DNA of 64,000 bases from Candidatus Eiseniibacteriota bacterium (lineage in GTDB: Bacteria > Eisenbacteria > RBG-16-71-46 > JABDJR01). Below, one piece after another: positions 37,501 to 47,035 of the stretch. Within the stretch, counting starts at the first letter, position 1. Each line of letters starts with the position of its first letter. Made by a program: the position numbers and the translations under genes. The stretch is from contig CAVXKA010000002.1 of assembly GCA_963762255.1 (NCBI GenBank), positions 1,152,001 to 1,216,000 on the forward strand, in the 5' to 3' direction. Below the pieces are notes generated by a model. The model was not told where the DNA came from and searched no databases. It was given only the letters and a program-made list of their open reading frames with translations.

Positions 37501-38121
37501 ATGCGTTGCTCGGCTCTGTGCTTGCGGTCGTTCCTGATCTCAATTCTTGGCCTCGCGGTTCTGGCCGGGGCCGCGGCCGCCGGTCAGCCCCGTACCCACG
37601 ACGGGTTCCTTCTGCGCCTCTCCGCCGGCGCGGGCGGAGCGAAGACCTCCGAGGACTACGCGAATTCGTCGCTGGAAATCTCGGGTGCCGCTGGAGATGT
37701 GAACTTCGCCATCGGCGGGATGGTCGCCCCCAACTTTGCGATCCATGGAACCCTCTTCGGCTGGTCCCTGACCGAGCCCGAGGTCGAACTCACCGGCCAT
37801 GGCTCGGGCGAGCTCAACGGCGATCTCAGCATGTCGGCCATCGGGGCGGGCTTCACTTACTACTTCATGCCCGCCAACCTCTACATCTCCCCTTCCGTGG
37901 GAGTGGGAACGCTGACCATGGATATCGACACCTTGGGGGACTTCGAGAGCGACCCGGGCCTGGCGCTGGACTTCACCCTGGGCAAGGAGTGGTGGGTGAG
38001 CAGTTCCTGGGGGCTGGGAGTGGCGGGAGCCGTCGGCTATCACTCCATTCCCGATAAGGGCACCGACGAGAAGATCACCGGAAGCAACGTCGCGATCCGG
38101 TTCTCCGCAACCTTCAACTGA
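37501..38121 (+). CDS. Outer-membrane beta-barrel protein
   Basis: Signal peptide, alternating beta-strand pattern, terminal ATFN; GGAGG RBS. Confidence 0.8.
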   Translation: MRCSALCLRSFLISILGLAVLAGAAAAGQPRTHDGFLLRLSAGAGGAKTSEDYANSSLEISGAAGDVNFAIGGMVAPNFAIHGTLFGWSLTEPEVELTGHGSGELNGDLSMSAIGAGFTYYFMPANLYISPSVGVGTLTMDIDTLGDFESDPGLALDFTLGKEWWVSSSWGLGVAGAVGYHSIPDKGTDEKITGSNVAIRFSATFN

Positions 38122-38389
38122 GGTTGGTGAGGAGGCGGACTACCGCCCTGACTCGATATGGGCGATCGCCTCATCGATCAGCCGCGCCAGCCGCCCGTCC
38201 TGCTCGGTCGTCAGTAGCGTGCCGCGGATACCCCGGCGGGCAAGGTGCTGAACGTCAGATGGGCATCGGGGTAGAGCGGTCCTGGCACATGCTGGGGTGA
38301 ACTGCCCCGAAACCCAAGTGCCAGGAGCCCTATCCGGGCATGATTTGAGATGTTCCTAACGGACAATCCGTCTTCGTCCGAAAACAAGC

Positions 38390-39694
38390 GTGATGCTGCA
38401 ACTCGAAAGAACCCCGACTATTGTTGAGCCGGGTGGAGATGTCCTGCCCGAACAGCTGCGGGTTTTGCCCTCCTCCGAGCCGGATCACATCCTCATCGTC
38501 GATGATGACGAACAAGTCCGAGAGGTCCTGGCCAGTATGCTCTCGGAACTCGGGTTCTCCGTCTCCACGGCCACGGATGGAGAGCAGGCCTGGGGCCTCA
38601 TCCAGAGAGAACAGACCCGCCTCGTCCTTACGGACTGGGACATGCCGAAGCTCAATGGACTCGGCCTCCTGCGCCGTATCCGGGCGACGCCGGATGGAGA
38701 GAGTGTTTACGTGATCATTCTGACCGGCCGCGGGAATGACCGCGATCTGGTGGTAGGCCTGGACGCGGGCGCCGACGACTTTCTTGCAAAACCATTCGAT
38801 GCGGAAGAACTGAGGGTACGCATCCAAGCCGGGAAGCGCATCGTCCATATGCAGCAGCGACTCTTGGAGCAGAACCAGAGACTCGAGCAGGACCTCACGG
38901 CAGCCTCGAACCTGCAGCGGGCCCTGCTTCCGCTGGATGCACCCAAGCTGGGAGAGTATCGCTTCGCCTGGCGGTTCAAGCCGTGCGCGCATGTATCCGG
39001 GGACATGTTGAACGTTTTTCGGCTCGACGAACACCGAATCGGCTTCTTCATTCTTGACGTTTCCGGGCACGGGGCGGCCGCGGCCATGTTGGCGGTCACC
39101 GTGTCTCGCCTCCTGATTCCGGTGCCGGGGCAAAGCACTCTGGTGAAGCGCAAGCTTCCGATCGCGCCCTACTACGAGGTGGCGACCCCTATGAGCGTCG
39201 TGTCATCTCTGCGAGCGCGTTTCACGGAGACCGAGCGCACCGGCCTCTTCTTTACCCTGGTCTATGGCATTCTGGATGTCGCACTTGGAGAGGTCACCTG
39301 GGCTTCGGCGGGGCACGAACCCCCGATACTGACTCGTCGGGACTCCGTGCGGATCTTGAATGACCAGAAGAGCGGAGCGCTCATCGGTCCTGACTTCCAC
39401 ATCCCGGACCCTGTCCAGTCAAACCGACTTCTGCTCCAACCCGGGGAGCGGCTGTGGCTGTACTCCGATGGGATCATCGACGCCCAATCCCCGGATGGTT
39501 CGTACTTCTCTACGTCGCTTCTCGCCCGCGCTCTCGGAGATGCACACGAATCCCCTCTCGACAGCTCGATGGACTCTGTCCTTCGAACGGCTACGGGATT
39601 GAACTGCACCGAGCTTCAGGACGACGTGACCCTATTGGTGTTGGAGCGCGAGCTTGGATCGCGCTCTGAGACTTCGGACTCGTCCGTCAGCTGA
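38390..39694 (+). CDS. Response regulator-PP2C (RsbU/RssB-like) phosphatase
   Basis: ILIVDDD, DWDMP..NG, GADDFLAKP; VSGD, DVSGHG, AGHEPP, SDG, DDVT. Confidence 0.92.
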   Translation: MMLQLERTPTIVEPGGDVLPEQLRVLPSSEPDHILIVDDDEQVREVLASMLSELGFSVSTATDGEQAWGLIQREQTRLVLTDWDMPKLNGLGLLRRIRATPDGESVYVIILTGRGNDRDLVVGLDAGADDFLAKPFDAEELRVRIQAGKRIVHMQQRLLEQNQRLEQDLTAASNLQRALLPLDAPKLGEYRFAWRFKPCAHVSGDMLNVFRLDEHRIGFFILDVSGHGAAAAMLAVTVSRLLIPVPGQSTLVKRKLPIAPYYEVATPMSVVSSLRARFTETERTGLFFTLVYGILDVALGEVTWASAGHEPPILTRRDSVRILNDQKSGALIGPDFHIPDPVQSNRLLLQPGERLWLYSDGIIDAQSPDGSYFSTSLLARALGDAHESPLDSSMDSVLRTATGLNCTELQDDVTLLVLERELGSRSETSDSSVS

Positions 39695-39744
39695 GTGCCC
39701 GGAGACGCTGAGTCCTCGGCACCGCGTCAGCTAATCCTGTCGCC

Positions 39745-41220
39745 TCAGGACCGGAGGCTGCGCCCCGGCGGAAGATCCGCCAACAGAACGGCGAGCACGT
39801 CCGCGGCGCTGTATTCCGGGTGTTCCGGGGTGCAGAATCGGTGGATCGACGTCACGTCGTCCCCGAGGGTGAGCAGACACGGCTCCACGCCCCCGTTGCG
39901 GCTCTGGGGAAACCCGATGTTGGCGAGTAGCGCGTTGCAGAGACATCGACGCCCCACGGTGTTCTCGATCGCTCCGCCCTTGGCCGTGTACGCGCTAGCC
40001 GGTTCGGCCGGACACCGGTAGCCGACTTCGTGATCCTCCCGCTCGTACGCCTCGCGCAAGAACCCGAGATCGCAGACTCGCGTGCGCTCATCGTACACCG
40101 TCGGGTCGGACAGAGTCCCCGGGTGTCGGGCGACCTTGAAAGGGAATCCGGTCGGCGACGCGGCCGGATCGGTGAAGATGGTGAGGGATCCGTCGAGGGC
40201 GGCACGAACCAGCGCATTTCTCACGTCGGGCTCCAGCCCGGAATCCACGCTCAGCGCAAATGCGGTGCCGACCTGGATCCCGGCGGCCCCGCGAGCGAGC
40301 GCTTCTCGCAGCCGCTCCGGCGATCCGTAGGATCCGGCCAGCCAGTATGGAAGTCCCAACTCACCGATCCTGTCGAGATCCACGAGGTCGCGCGGGCCGT
40401 ACACCGGCTCGCCCGATTCTGCGAGCATCGGCGCGCCTCGTGGCGGCGCGTTGTGCCCGCCGGCCTGCGGTCCCTCGACGATGAACCCATCAATCTTCCC
40501 GTTTGCCCTGGCGAGCATCATGGAAGCGAGCGCATTCGACGAAACGATGGGTAGGAAACGCGGGCGACGAAGACGACCCACTTCGACCCCGTCTTCGATG
40601 AACTCGCGGGGATCGAAGGTCATCCGACAATTCCGTCCCGATGGCGCGCCGGTCACTCGGAGCGGATAGTCCGCCGGCAGCAGCTCGGCGAACGAGTCGA
40701 GGACACGCGGCACCTCCAGCGGGATTCCGGCACCCATGATGACCACCGAGACTCCGGCAAGCATGGCGCCGAACAGCGAGGGAAGGTGAGGAAGCGAGAC
40801 CTTCTCGAGGTAGTTGATCCCTACCGGATTCCCGTGCCCCTCGCGGGCCAGGAACACCTCGACGAAGTTTCCGGCGATGCACAGTTCTTGCGCCCGACGG
40901 CGATCCACCAGGGTATGCATCCCGCCCGACCGGTAGCGCCTACCCGGAGCCCGGCCCCCGGGGAGGAGGAACGTATCCAGAACTCGTTTCCTCATTGCCG
41001 GGAAAGGAAAGTGCTCCAGCGCGCGCCGGACGTTTCCCAGGACGTCGCCATCTTGAAGGCGACGGGCAAGGATGATGTCCAGCCCTGCGCCCGAGACCAC
41101 GCCAAGCTGGCCAAGCGCGGACACCGCGCGGGCTAGCCGCCAGTTGGATACCCCGACGCCCATGCCACCCTGGATGACGAGGGGAAGAGAATCGTTCATG
41201 GAGAGGATCGTATCCTGCAT
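39745..41220 (-). CDS. Nitronate monooxygenase / FabK-like flavin oxidoreductase
   Basis: IQGGMGVGVS, GINYLEK, MGAGIP, EGPQAGGHN, GIQVGTAF. Confidence 0.88.
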   Translation of the reverse strand: MQDTILSMNDSLPLVIQGGMGVGVSNWRLARAVSALGQLGVVSGAGLDIILARRLQDGDVLGNVRRALEHFPFPAMRKRVLDTFLLPGGRAPGRRYRSGGMHTLVDRRRAQELCIAGNFVEVFLAREGHGNPVGINYLEKVSLPHLPSLFGAMLAGVSVVIMGAGIPLEVPRVLDSFAELLPADYPLRVTGAPSGRNCRMTFDPREFIEDGVEVGRLRRPRFLPIVSSNALASMMLARANGKIDGFIVEGPQAGGHNAPPRGAPMLAESGEPVYGPRDLVDLDRIGELGLPYWLAGSYGSPERLREALARGAAGIQVGTAFALSVDSGLEPDVRNALVRAALDGSLTIFTDPAASPTGFPFKVARHPGTLSDPTVYDERTRVCDLGFLREAYEREDHEVGYRCPAEPASAYTAKGGAIENTVGRRCLCNALLANIGFPQSRNGGVEPCLLTLGDDVTSIHRFCTPEHPEYSAADVLAVLLADLPPGRSLRS

Positions 41221-41389
41221 TCCGCTCTCCGGCCACCATGAGGGGCCCCCTCAAGCCCGCTGGATGCCCGGAGTTTATTGCCCCCCTTTCGGCACCGATC
41301 TCGAGTCGGGAGAGGCCACCCATCGAGGGCCACGGTGAACACCCCGTCGGAGATGCCTCCACCAAACCCGGGGGGAACGCATTGCGCCC

Positions 41390-41417
41390 TTGACACTAAT
41401 GAACGTATGCTCATAAT
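41390..41417 (+). promoter_or_regulatory. Sigma-70 promoter with embedded palindromic operator (second copy)
   Basis: TTGACA-CTAATGAACGTATGCT-CATAAT; palindrome ATGAACGTATGCTCAT. Confidence 0.75.
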
Positions 41418-41493
41418 TGACCCAGGAAAGAGGGATTGTCAACGTGCCAGAGGTGCGATCCGAACCGCCCTATGCGGGTGAGATCCGAAACCA

Positions 41494-42138
41494 ATGAGCA
41501 GTATGCGCAATGGCGAAATGGCCACGGACCTGGCCGTGCGCAGGGGCAAGTTCCGTAAGCGTGCGGAACAGTACCTGCACCTCGGTCATGACCGCACCGC
41601 GGCCGCCCGCTTCGTGGCCGGATCGGGAGGGCCGCTCACGGGCCCTGTCCTCGACGTGGGCACGGGGAAGGGGCTCCTCGCCATGGCGCTTGCCGACCTG
41701 GGAGTCCGCGTCGTTTCCATCGACGTGGACAGCTCCGACCAGGCGCTGGCTTGTCTCCTCGCCGAAGAAGCCGGAGTGAGAGATAGGATCGACTTCATCC
41801 GGGGAGACGCCGCGAGGCTCCCCTTCCCGCCCGACCGCTTCGGCGCCGTCGCCATGATGGCGGTGCTGCACCACCTCCAGGATCCGGCGTCCGTCCTCCG
41901 CGACATGGCGAGGGCGGTAAGAACGGGCGGCGTCCTCATCGTGGCCGACTTTTCCGAGGAGGGGTTTGAACTGGTGGACCGCGTCCACCGCGACGAGGGC
42001 GGGGAGCACCTGCGCGCCGGGACCACCGTCGACTTGGCCGCCGCCGAACTCGAGCGGCACGGCCTCCGGTGCGTAGGGCGCCGGGAGGAACATCTGCACC
42101 TCGTGGTGGTTTTCGAGAAGAGAGAGGAGATCGCATGA
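41494..42138 (+). CDS. Class I SAM-dependent methyltransferase
   Basis: VLDVGTGKG, GDAARLPF, LHHL, GGVLIVAD. Confidence 0.9.
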   Translation: MSSMRNGEMATDLAVRRGKFRKRAEQYLHLGHDRTAAARFVAGSGGPLTGPVLDVGTGKGLLAMALADLGVRVVSIDVDSSDQALACLLAEEAGVRDRIDFIRGDAARLPFPPDRFGAVAMMAVLHHLQDPASVLRDMARAVRTGGVLIVADFSEEGFELVDRVHRDEGGEHLRAGTTVDLAAAELERHGLRCVGRREEHLHLVVVFEKREEIA

Positions 42139-42656
42139 ATCACGCCGGCACGCCCCTCCGGAATCAGGCCGGGAGCCAGGTGCTGCTCGACGAGACTCGA
42201 GTGGCCCACCACCCTCGTTGCCTCCTTTGCAGCGCGGAAAGTCCCTTCAACCCGAAGGTCGATTTCCGGGTTCAGGAGCCGGGAAAGGTGCACGCGTCCT
42301 TCATGTGCCGCCGTCCGTACCAGAGCTACCCCGGCATGCTTCACGGCGGTCTCATCTCCGCGGTATTGGATGCGGCGATGACGAATTGCCTGTTCTCGAT
42401 GGGAGTCGTGGCGATCACCGCGGAGTTGATGGTCCGGTATCTCACCCCGGTCAGGATCGAGTGCGAGGCCGAGGTCACCGCATCCCTGGACAGGTCGACC
42501 ATGCCGATGTACTACGTGTCGGCCGAGCTTTCGCAGGAGGGGAAAGTGTGCGCGCGGGCGACGGCGAAGTTCATGGACAAGGAGTGGGCGGCCACGATGG
42601 GCAGGAGCGACCCTCACCCTACCCAAGCGAGCTCGGGCGACGATCGTGACGGCTGA
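42135..42656 (+). CDS. PaaI/hotdog thioesterase
   Basis: HPRCLLC, YPGMLHGGLISAVLD, TAELMVRY; ATGA overlap with the upstream gene. Confidence 0.88.
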   Translation: MNHAGTPLRNQAGSQVLLDETRVAHHPRCLLCSAESPFNPKVDFRVQEPGKVHASFMCRRPYQSYPGMLHGGLISAVLDAAMTNCLFSMGVVAITAELMVRYLTPVRIECEAEVTASLDRSTMPMYYVSAELSQEGKVCARATAKFMDKEWAATMGRSDPHPTQASSGDDRDG

Positions 42657-44784
42657 ACTGGATCGTCGCGATTTCCTCCGGGTTCTCTCTGCCGTCGCCG
42701 CGGGGGGAGCGGGAGCCGCCGGCTTCGGACTCCAAGGCTGCGCGGGGCATCCCCGTATGCGCGACGACCTCGACCGCCGCTTCCTGATCCTGGGTTTCGA
42801 CGGCGTGGATCCCCGACTCCTGGAGCGCTGGACTGACGAGGGCAAGCTTCCCTTCCTCGCGCGGCTCCGGCGCGAACTCCACTACCGGCGCCTCAGCACC
42901 ACGACTCCCCCCGAGTCGCCGGTGGCATGGTCGTCGTTCGCCACCGGGGTCAACCCGGGCAAGCATCGCATCTACGACTTCTTATGCCGCGACCCCCGCA
43001 CCTACGAACCCCAGATCGCCGAAGTCGACAACGATCCGCCGCGCTTCCTCTGGGATCTTCTTCCCGTCCGTCGTCCCCGCGTTGTCTTGCGGCGTCGCGG
43101 CACGACTTTCTGGCGCACGCTCGCCGATGGAGGCATCCGTTCTACCATCGTCCAGGTACCGGTGAGCTTTCCCCCAGAGGATCTCCCCGGAGGGCGACTC
43201 TTGTCCGGCCTATCCGTTCCCGATCTGCGGGGTACCCAGGGCACCTTCCAGTACTTCGCCACCGACCTCACGCGGGAGGAAACCGAGGACACCGAGATGG
43301 GGGGAAAGCTCGTCCCGATCACGGTACGGGACGGCCGCGCCCTCACGGAAATCCAGGGGCCATGGGATCCGGTTCTGCGCGACAAGCGCCGCCGGCTGGA
43401 GGAGAAGCTGGAGCACACCTCGGGCGGAGAGGATGTCCGCGAGTTGCGGGGCCGTCTCAGCGAGCTGGCTCGCCGCCCCAAGGTTCTGACCGAGCCGGTC
43501 GAATTCATCGCGGATCCGGAGAATCGCTCGATGGTCATTCGGCTCCAGGGGCAGGAGCAGCGCGTCGCCGAAGGGCGCTGGAGCGATTGGTTCGAGGTTT
43601 CCTTCGAGATCACTCCCATCATGCGCGTGCACGGCATCGCCCACTTCTACGTGGAACAGGTAAGCCCGGAGGTGCGGGTCTACTTCGGTCCGATCGAGCT
43701 GCACCCCGCCCATCCCCCGCTTCCCATCTCGTACCCGGCCGACCTTTCCGAAGAACTCTTCGACGCGCTCGGTTTCTACAAGACACGAGGCTGGGCGGCC
43801 GATACCGCCGGCCTCCAGGACGAGCGGCTCGACGAGGCGGCCTTCTGGTCCGACCTCAACGAACTCATGACCATGCGGGAGCGGATCCTGTTCCATCTCC
43901 TCGACGCTCATCCCTGGAATTGCTTTGTCGACGTGTTCAGTTGCACCGATCGGATCCAACACATGTTCTGGCGGTTCCTCGACCCGCGATCCCCGCGCTA
44001 CGACGCCGGTCTCGCCGTGGAATGGGGAGACGCCGTGCTACGCATCTATCAACGCATGGACCGCATCGTAGAGCGCGCATACACGGAGCATGTCGGACCC
44101 GACACCGCATTCATCTTCATGAGCGACCACGGGTTTCACTCCTTCAACCGCTCGGTGAATCTCAACACCTGGCTCGTTCGGTCGGGATACATGCACCTCA
44201 GGGGAATGGAGCATGCCGGGTACCGCCTGGAGGATCTCTTCAGCGGCGGCGACTTCTGGCCGGATGTGGTCTGGGAGCGCACGAAGGCGTACGCCATGGG
44301 CCTCGGCCAGATCTACATTAACGTCGCGGGTCGTGAGGGGAAGGGCGTCGTCGAGCCCGGCGACGAGTACGACCGGGTCGTGGCGGCCATCGCCCGGGGA
44401 CTGCTCGAGCTGCGCGATGTCGATGGCACCCCAGCCATCCTCTCCGCGCACCCCGCCCGCGAGATCTTCAGCGGGGACTACCTCGACGAGGCCCCGGACA
44501 TCCAGGTCGGCTTCAACGAGGGCTACCGCGTTTCCTGGCAAACCTGCCTGGGCGGGATTCCGTCGGAGGTGATCGAGGACAACCCGCGCAAGTGGTCCGG
44601 CGACCACTGCTCCTACGATTCCCGGATCACCCCCGGGGTCTTCATCGCGAACCGGCCCCTGCTCAAGGAGCCGCATATCCTCGATGTGGCCCCGACGGTC
44701 CTCCGCTGGTTCGGGGAGCCGATCCCCGAGAGCTATGACGGCGAGCCGCTCTTCACGGACCGATCTCCGAGCGCGTCGAACTGA
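42646..44784 (+). CDS. Alkaline-phosphatase-superfamily phosphodiesterase, Tat-exported lipoprotein
   Basis: RRDFL twin-Arg, LQGC lipobox, LGFDG, SPVAWSSFATGVNPGKH, DRIQH, MSDHGF, WSGDH. Confidence 0.9.
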   Translation: MTAELDRRDFLRVLSAVAAGGAGAAGFGLQGCAGHPRMRDDLDRRFLILGFDGVDPRLLERWTDEGKLPFLARLRRELHYRRLSTTTPPESPVAWSSFATGVNPGKHRIYDFLCRDPRTYEPQIAEVDNDPPRFLWDLLPVRRPRVVLRRRGTTFWRTLADGGIRSTIVQVPVSFPPEDLPGGRLLSGLSVPDLRGTQGTFQYFATDLTREETEDTEMGGKLVPITVRDGRALTEIQGPWDPVLRDKRRRLEEKLEHTSGGEDVRELRGRLSELARRPKVLTEPVEFIADPENRSMVIRLQGQEQRVAEGRWSDWFEVSFEITPIMRVHGIAHFYVEQVSPEVRVYFGPIELHPAHPPLPISYPADLSEELFDALGFYKTRGWAADTAGLQDERLDEAAFWSDLNELMTMRERILFHLLDAHPWNCFVDVFSCTDRIQHMFWRFLDPRSPRYDAGLAVEWGDAVLRIYQRMDRIVERAYTEHVGPDTAFIFMSDHGFHSFNRSVNLNTWLVRSGYMHLRGMEHAGYRLEDLFSGGDFWPDVVWERTKAYAMGLGQIYINVAGREGKGVVEPGDEYDRVVAAIARGLLELRDVDGTPAILSAHPAREIFSGDYLDEAPDIQVGFNEGYRVSWQTCLGGIPSEVIEDNPRKWSGDHCSYDSRITPGVFIANRPLLKEPHILDVAPTVLRWFGEPIPESYDGEPLFTDRSPSASN

Positions 44785-44943
44785 GGATCGAAGCTCCGCA
44801 GACGTTGGTGATTCGGGTGGCTCCGGCGCGACGATGCCCTCACTTTGATTCGCTCTCCATCGTCTTGATTGGATCGAAGGACGCATACGAACATCAGCAT
44901 CCACCAAGACCTTCAATGACTATTAGTTAGACCATTACGAACG

Positions 44944-44960
44944 TTGGCACAGACATTGCT
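44944..44960 (+). promoter_or_regulatory. Sigma-54 (-24/-12) promoter
   Basis: TTGGCACAGACATTGCT: GG-N10-GC with TGGCAC and TTGC consensus halves, in an AT-rich patch. Confidence 0.75.
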
Positions 44961-44970
44961 TTATTACTTG

Positions 44971-45076
44971 GCGTTGGGAAGAAATCACTCGACCGGAGCA
45001 GATGCCTGCGGGGTTGCCATTCGCCTCACTCCGGGAGGCCCGAAGCAATCGTCACGCCCCCGCAGGCAAATTTTTT
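44971..45076 (+). ncRNA. Candidate sigma-54-dependent small RNA
   Basis: No plausible sense CDS downstream of the promoter. Perfect 11-bp stem TGCCTGCGGGG/CCCCGCAGGCA encloses an inner hairpin and is followed by AATTTTTT. Confidence 0.5.
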
Positions 45077-45111
45077 GGTGCGCCGGCTGCGACCGGAGAC
45101 GCTCTCCTACG

Positions 45112-47001
45112 TCACCGCGTGGAGAGCTTCACCACTCGAATCGCCTCGCCCCGCCCCATACCCTCCACGCGCAGGAAGTAGGCTCCCGCCGGCAGCGGAA
45201 GTCCCGAGCCATCCCGCCCGTCCCACGCGATCTCGGCCGGTCTCGCACCGCTCGCGTTGGGGACATCGATCGTGCGGACACGACGGCCGAGCATGTCATA
45301 CACCTCGACCCGCACCGGTCCCTGCGCGCCCGCAGCAGCGAGGGTGACGGTGGTGCGATGTTGGAAGGGATTGGGACGTGCCGGCCCGAGGAATGGGCGG
45401 GTCGCCCGACTCTCGGGAACGCCGGTGTAGAGACCGGAAGGGAACGGAGCGAATTTCCGGGTATTCCACGCGAGCTGCGTTCCCTTGCGGGCGCGGTCGG
45501 CGAAGTCCCATGCGTCGTAGTCGAAAGCCGGTGGGAGTCCGATGCGGACCCCGTAGGCCGTCCAGTCGAGACGATCCTGGTCCGCGGTGACGGCCGGGTC
45601 CGGAACCCCCGGCGCAAGGCTTGGGTGCAGGGTGGGAACGGTGAGCGCTGTCCCCGTTCCATTGACCACGAAGTCCCAGAGCGGAGTCGGCACGTCGAGC
45701 GTGTCCCCCGGCTGCGCACCGAGGTTAGTGTCCGGGATCGTCTTCACCAGAGCGAGTTCGAGGTTATAGAGGTCCGGCGCCGGGCTCACACCGGGGTTCT
45801 CCACCGTAGTCCAAGAAAGCTGCGCACCCGACGTAGAGAGCACGGGCGGCCGGAAGAACGTGCTGATGTTCGATGTCTCTCCGGGAGCGAGGCTACTGCG
45901 GTCCACGACGAAGGAGTTCGCGAGGCCGAGCGTGGCGTCCGACTCGATCGCCCCCGCCAGATAGTCCATCCCGGTGAAATCGCCGCCGGCCGTGATGGTG
46001 GAAAGGAGGAGGCTCGCCGAGGAGCCGCCGACACCACCCCCGAACCCGCAGGGAACGATCCGCCCGAGCCCTGTCTCCCCGTCCAGGTCGGCGGCCACGA
46101 AGGCGAATACGTCGTAGCCGGCGAGCGTGTTCGACACGTTCACGCGCAGGTTGAAGGAGACGGTGTTGGTGAGCTGAAGCAGTTGGGAATCGGGCCCGTT
46201 CACGGGAATGCCGGGCTCAATGCCCACCTTTCTCAGCGTGAAGTTCTGGATGAGCGGCAGGAACTCCGGCTTGTCGGCACCGACGATGTCGAGGAGCGTA
46301 GCGGTCGGCACCCGCCCATAGAAGGTGTAGAGGTCCTGGGTCGTGTGATCCTCGAGCCACACGTAGTACGGCGTGCGCTCCACCGGGATCAAGAGGAACT
46401 CCACCTGGAGGGGCATGTAGATCAACCCCGGAACCGGCTGCTCACCGACGAGGGGGAAGCTCTCGAGGACGATCGGCGCGAACTGCTCGAAATCGCCCAA
46501 GGTGGTCAGGTCATCGATCGACAAGGAGGGCATCACGACCGCCACGTCGAACTTGCCGTCGTTCGGAATCAGGGTGAACCCCGAGGCGGAGATGTCACCG
46601 CTGTAAAGCGCCTTCGGCGCCTCCGCCCCTTTGAGCCGGATGGGGAGAATCATCTGGCTGGCGTCGACTCCGAAAACGGTGAAGTAGGAGTAGCCGGCCT
46701 TGCCCACGGTGACGGTCTGGGGCCCGACAAGCGACGTGTGCGACAGGACGGCGATGCCCGATGCGTTGGTGAACGCGAGGTTGCCCAGAAATGGGGTACC
46801 CGGCTCGGGGCCCACCTGGCAGAAGGCGCCGGCGATGGGCGCCCCGGTTCGCTGATCCACCACGGTGACGGTGAGGATCCCACCGAGCGGCCCGCCTCCG
46901 ACCCCTCCCTTGAGGTCAATCGCCGCGCCGGGAGACGAGGTCATGGCGAGGAGCGCGAAGACGGAAAGCATCATGAGGAGCGGAACGAGCAATCGGCGCA
47001 T
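45112..47001 (-). CDS. Secreted protein with C-terminal FlgD-Ig/T9SS-like domain
   Basis: Signal peptide; carboxypeptidase-regulatory-like N domain; PNPF...VYDMLGRRVRT...WDGRDGSG..LPAGAYFLR. Confidence 0.85.
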   Translation of the reverse strand: MRRLLVPLLMMLSVFALLAMTSSPGAAIDLKGGVGGGPLGGILTVTVVDQRTGAPIAGAFCQVGPEPGTPFLGNLAFTNASGIAVLSHTSLVGPQTVTVGKAGYSYFTVFGVDASQMILPIRLKGAEAPKALYSGDISASGFTLIPNDGKFDVAVVMPSLSIDDLTTLGDFEQFAPIVLESFPLVGEQPVPGLIYMPLQVEFLLIPVERTPYYVWLEDHTTQDLYTFYGRVPTATLLDIVGADKPEFLPLIQNFTLRKVGIEPGIPVNGPDSQLLQLTNTVSFNLRVNVSNTLAGYDVFAFVAADLDGETGLGRIVPCGFGGGVGGSSASLLLSTITAGGDFTGMDYLAGAIESDATLGLANSFVVDRSSLAPGETSNISTFFRPPVLSTSGAQLSWTTVENPGVSPAPDLYNLELALVKTIPDTNLGAQPGDTLDVPTPLWDFVVNGTGTALTVPTLHPSLAPGVPDPAVTADQDRLDWTAYGVRIGLPPAFDYDAWDFADRARKGTQLAWNTRKFAPFPSGLYTGVPESRATRPFLGPARPNPFQHRTTVTLAAAGAQGPVRVEVYDMLGRRVRTIDVPNASGARPAEIAWDGRDGSGLPLPAGAYFLRVEGMGRGEAIRVVKLSTR

Positions 47002-47035
47002 AGTCGTGGTCTCCTGTTGTCGTGCAGACTCCCTC

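Noticed and set aside
38140-38280. Coding-like minus-strand stretch (...LARLIDEAIAHIESGR*)
   Set aside because: No start or recognisable family; possibly a gene remnant but unsupported.
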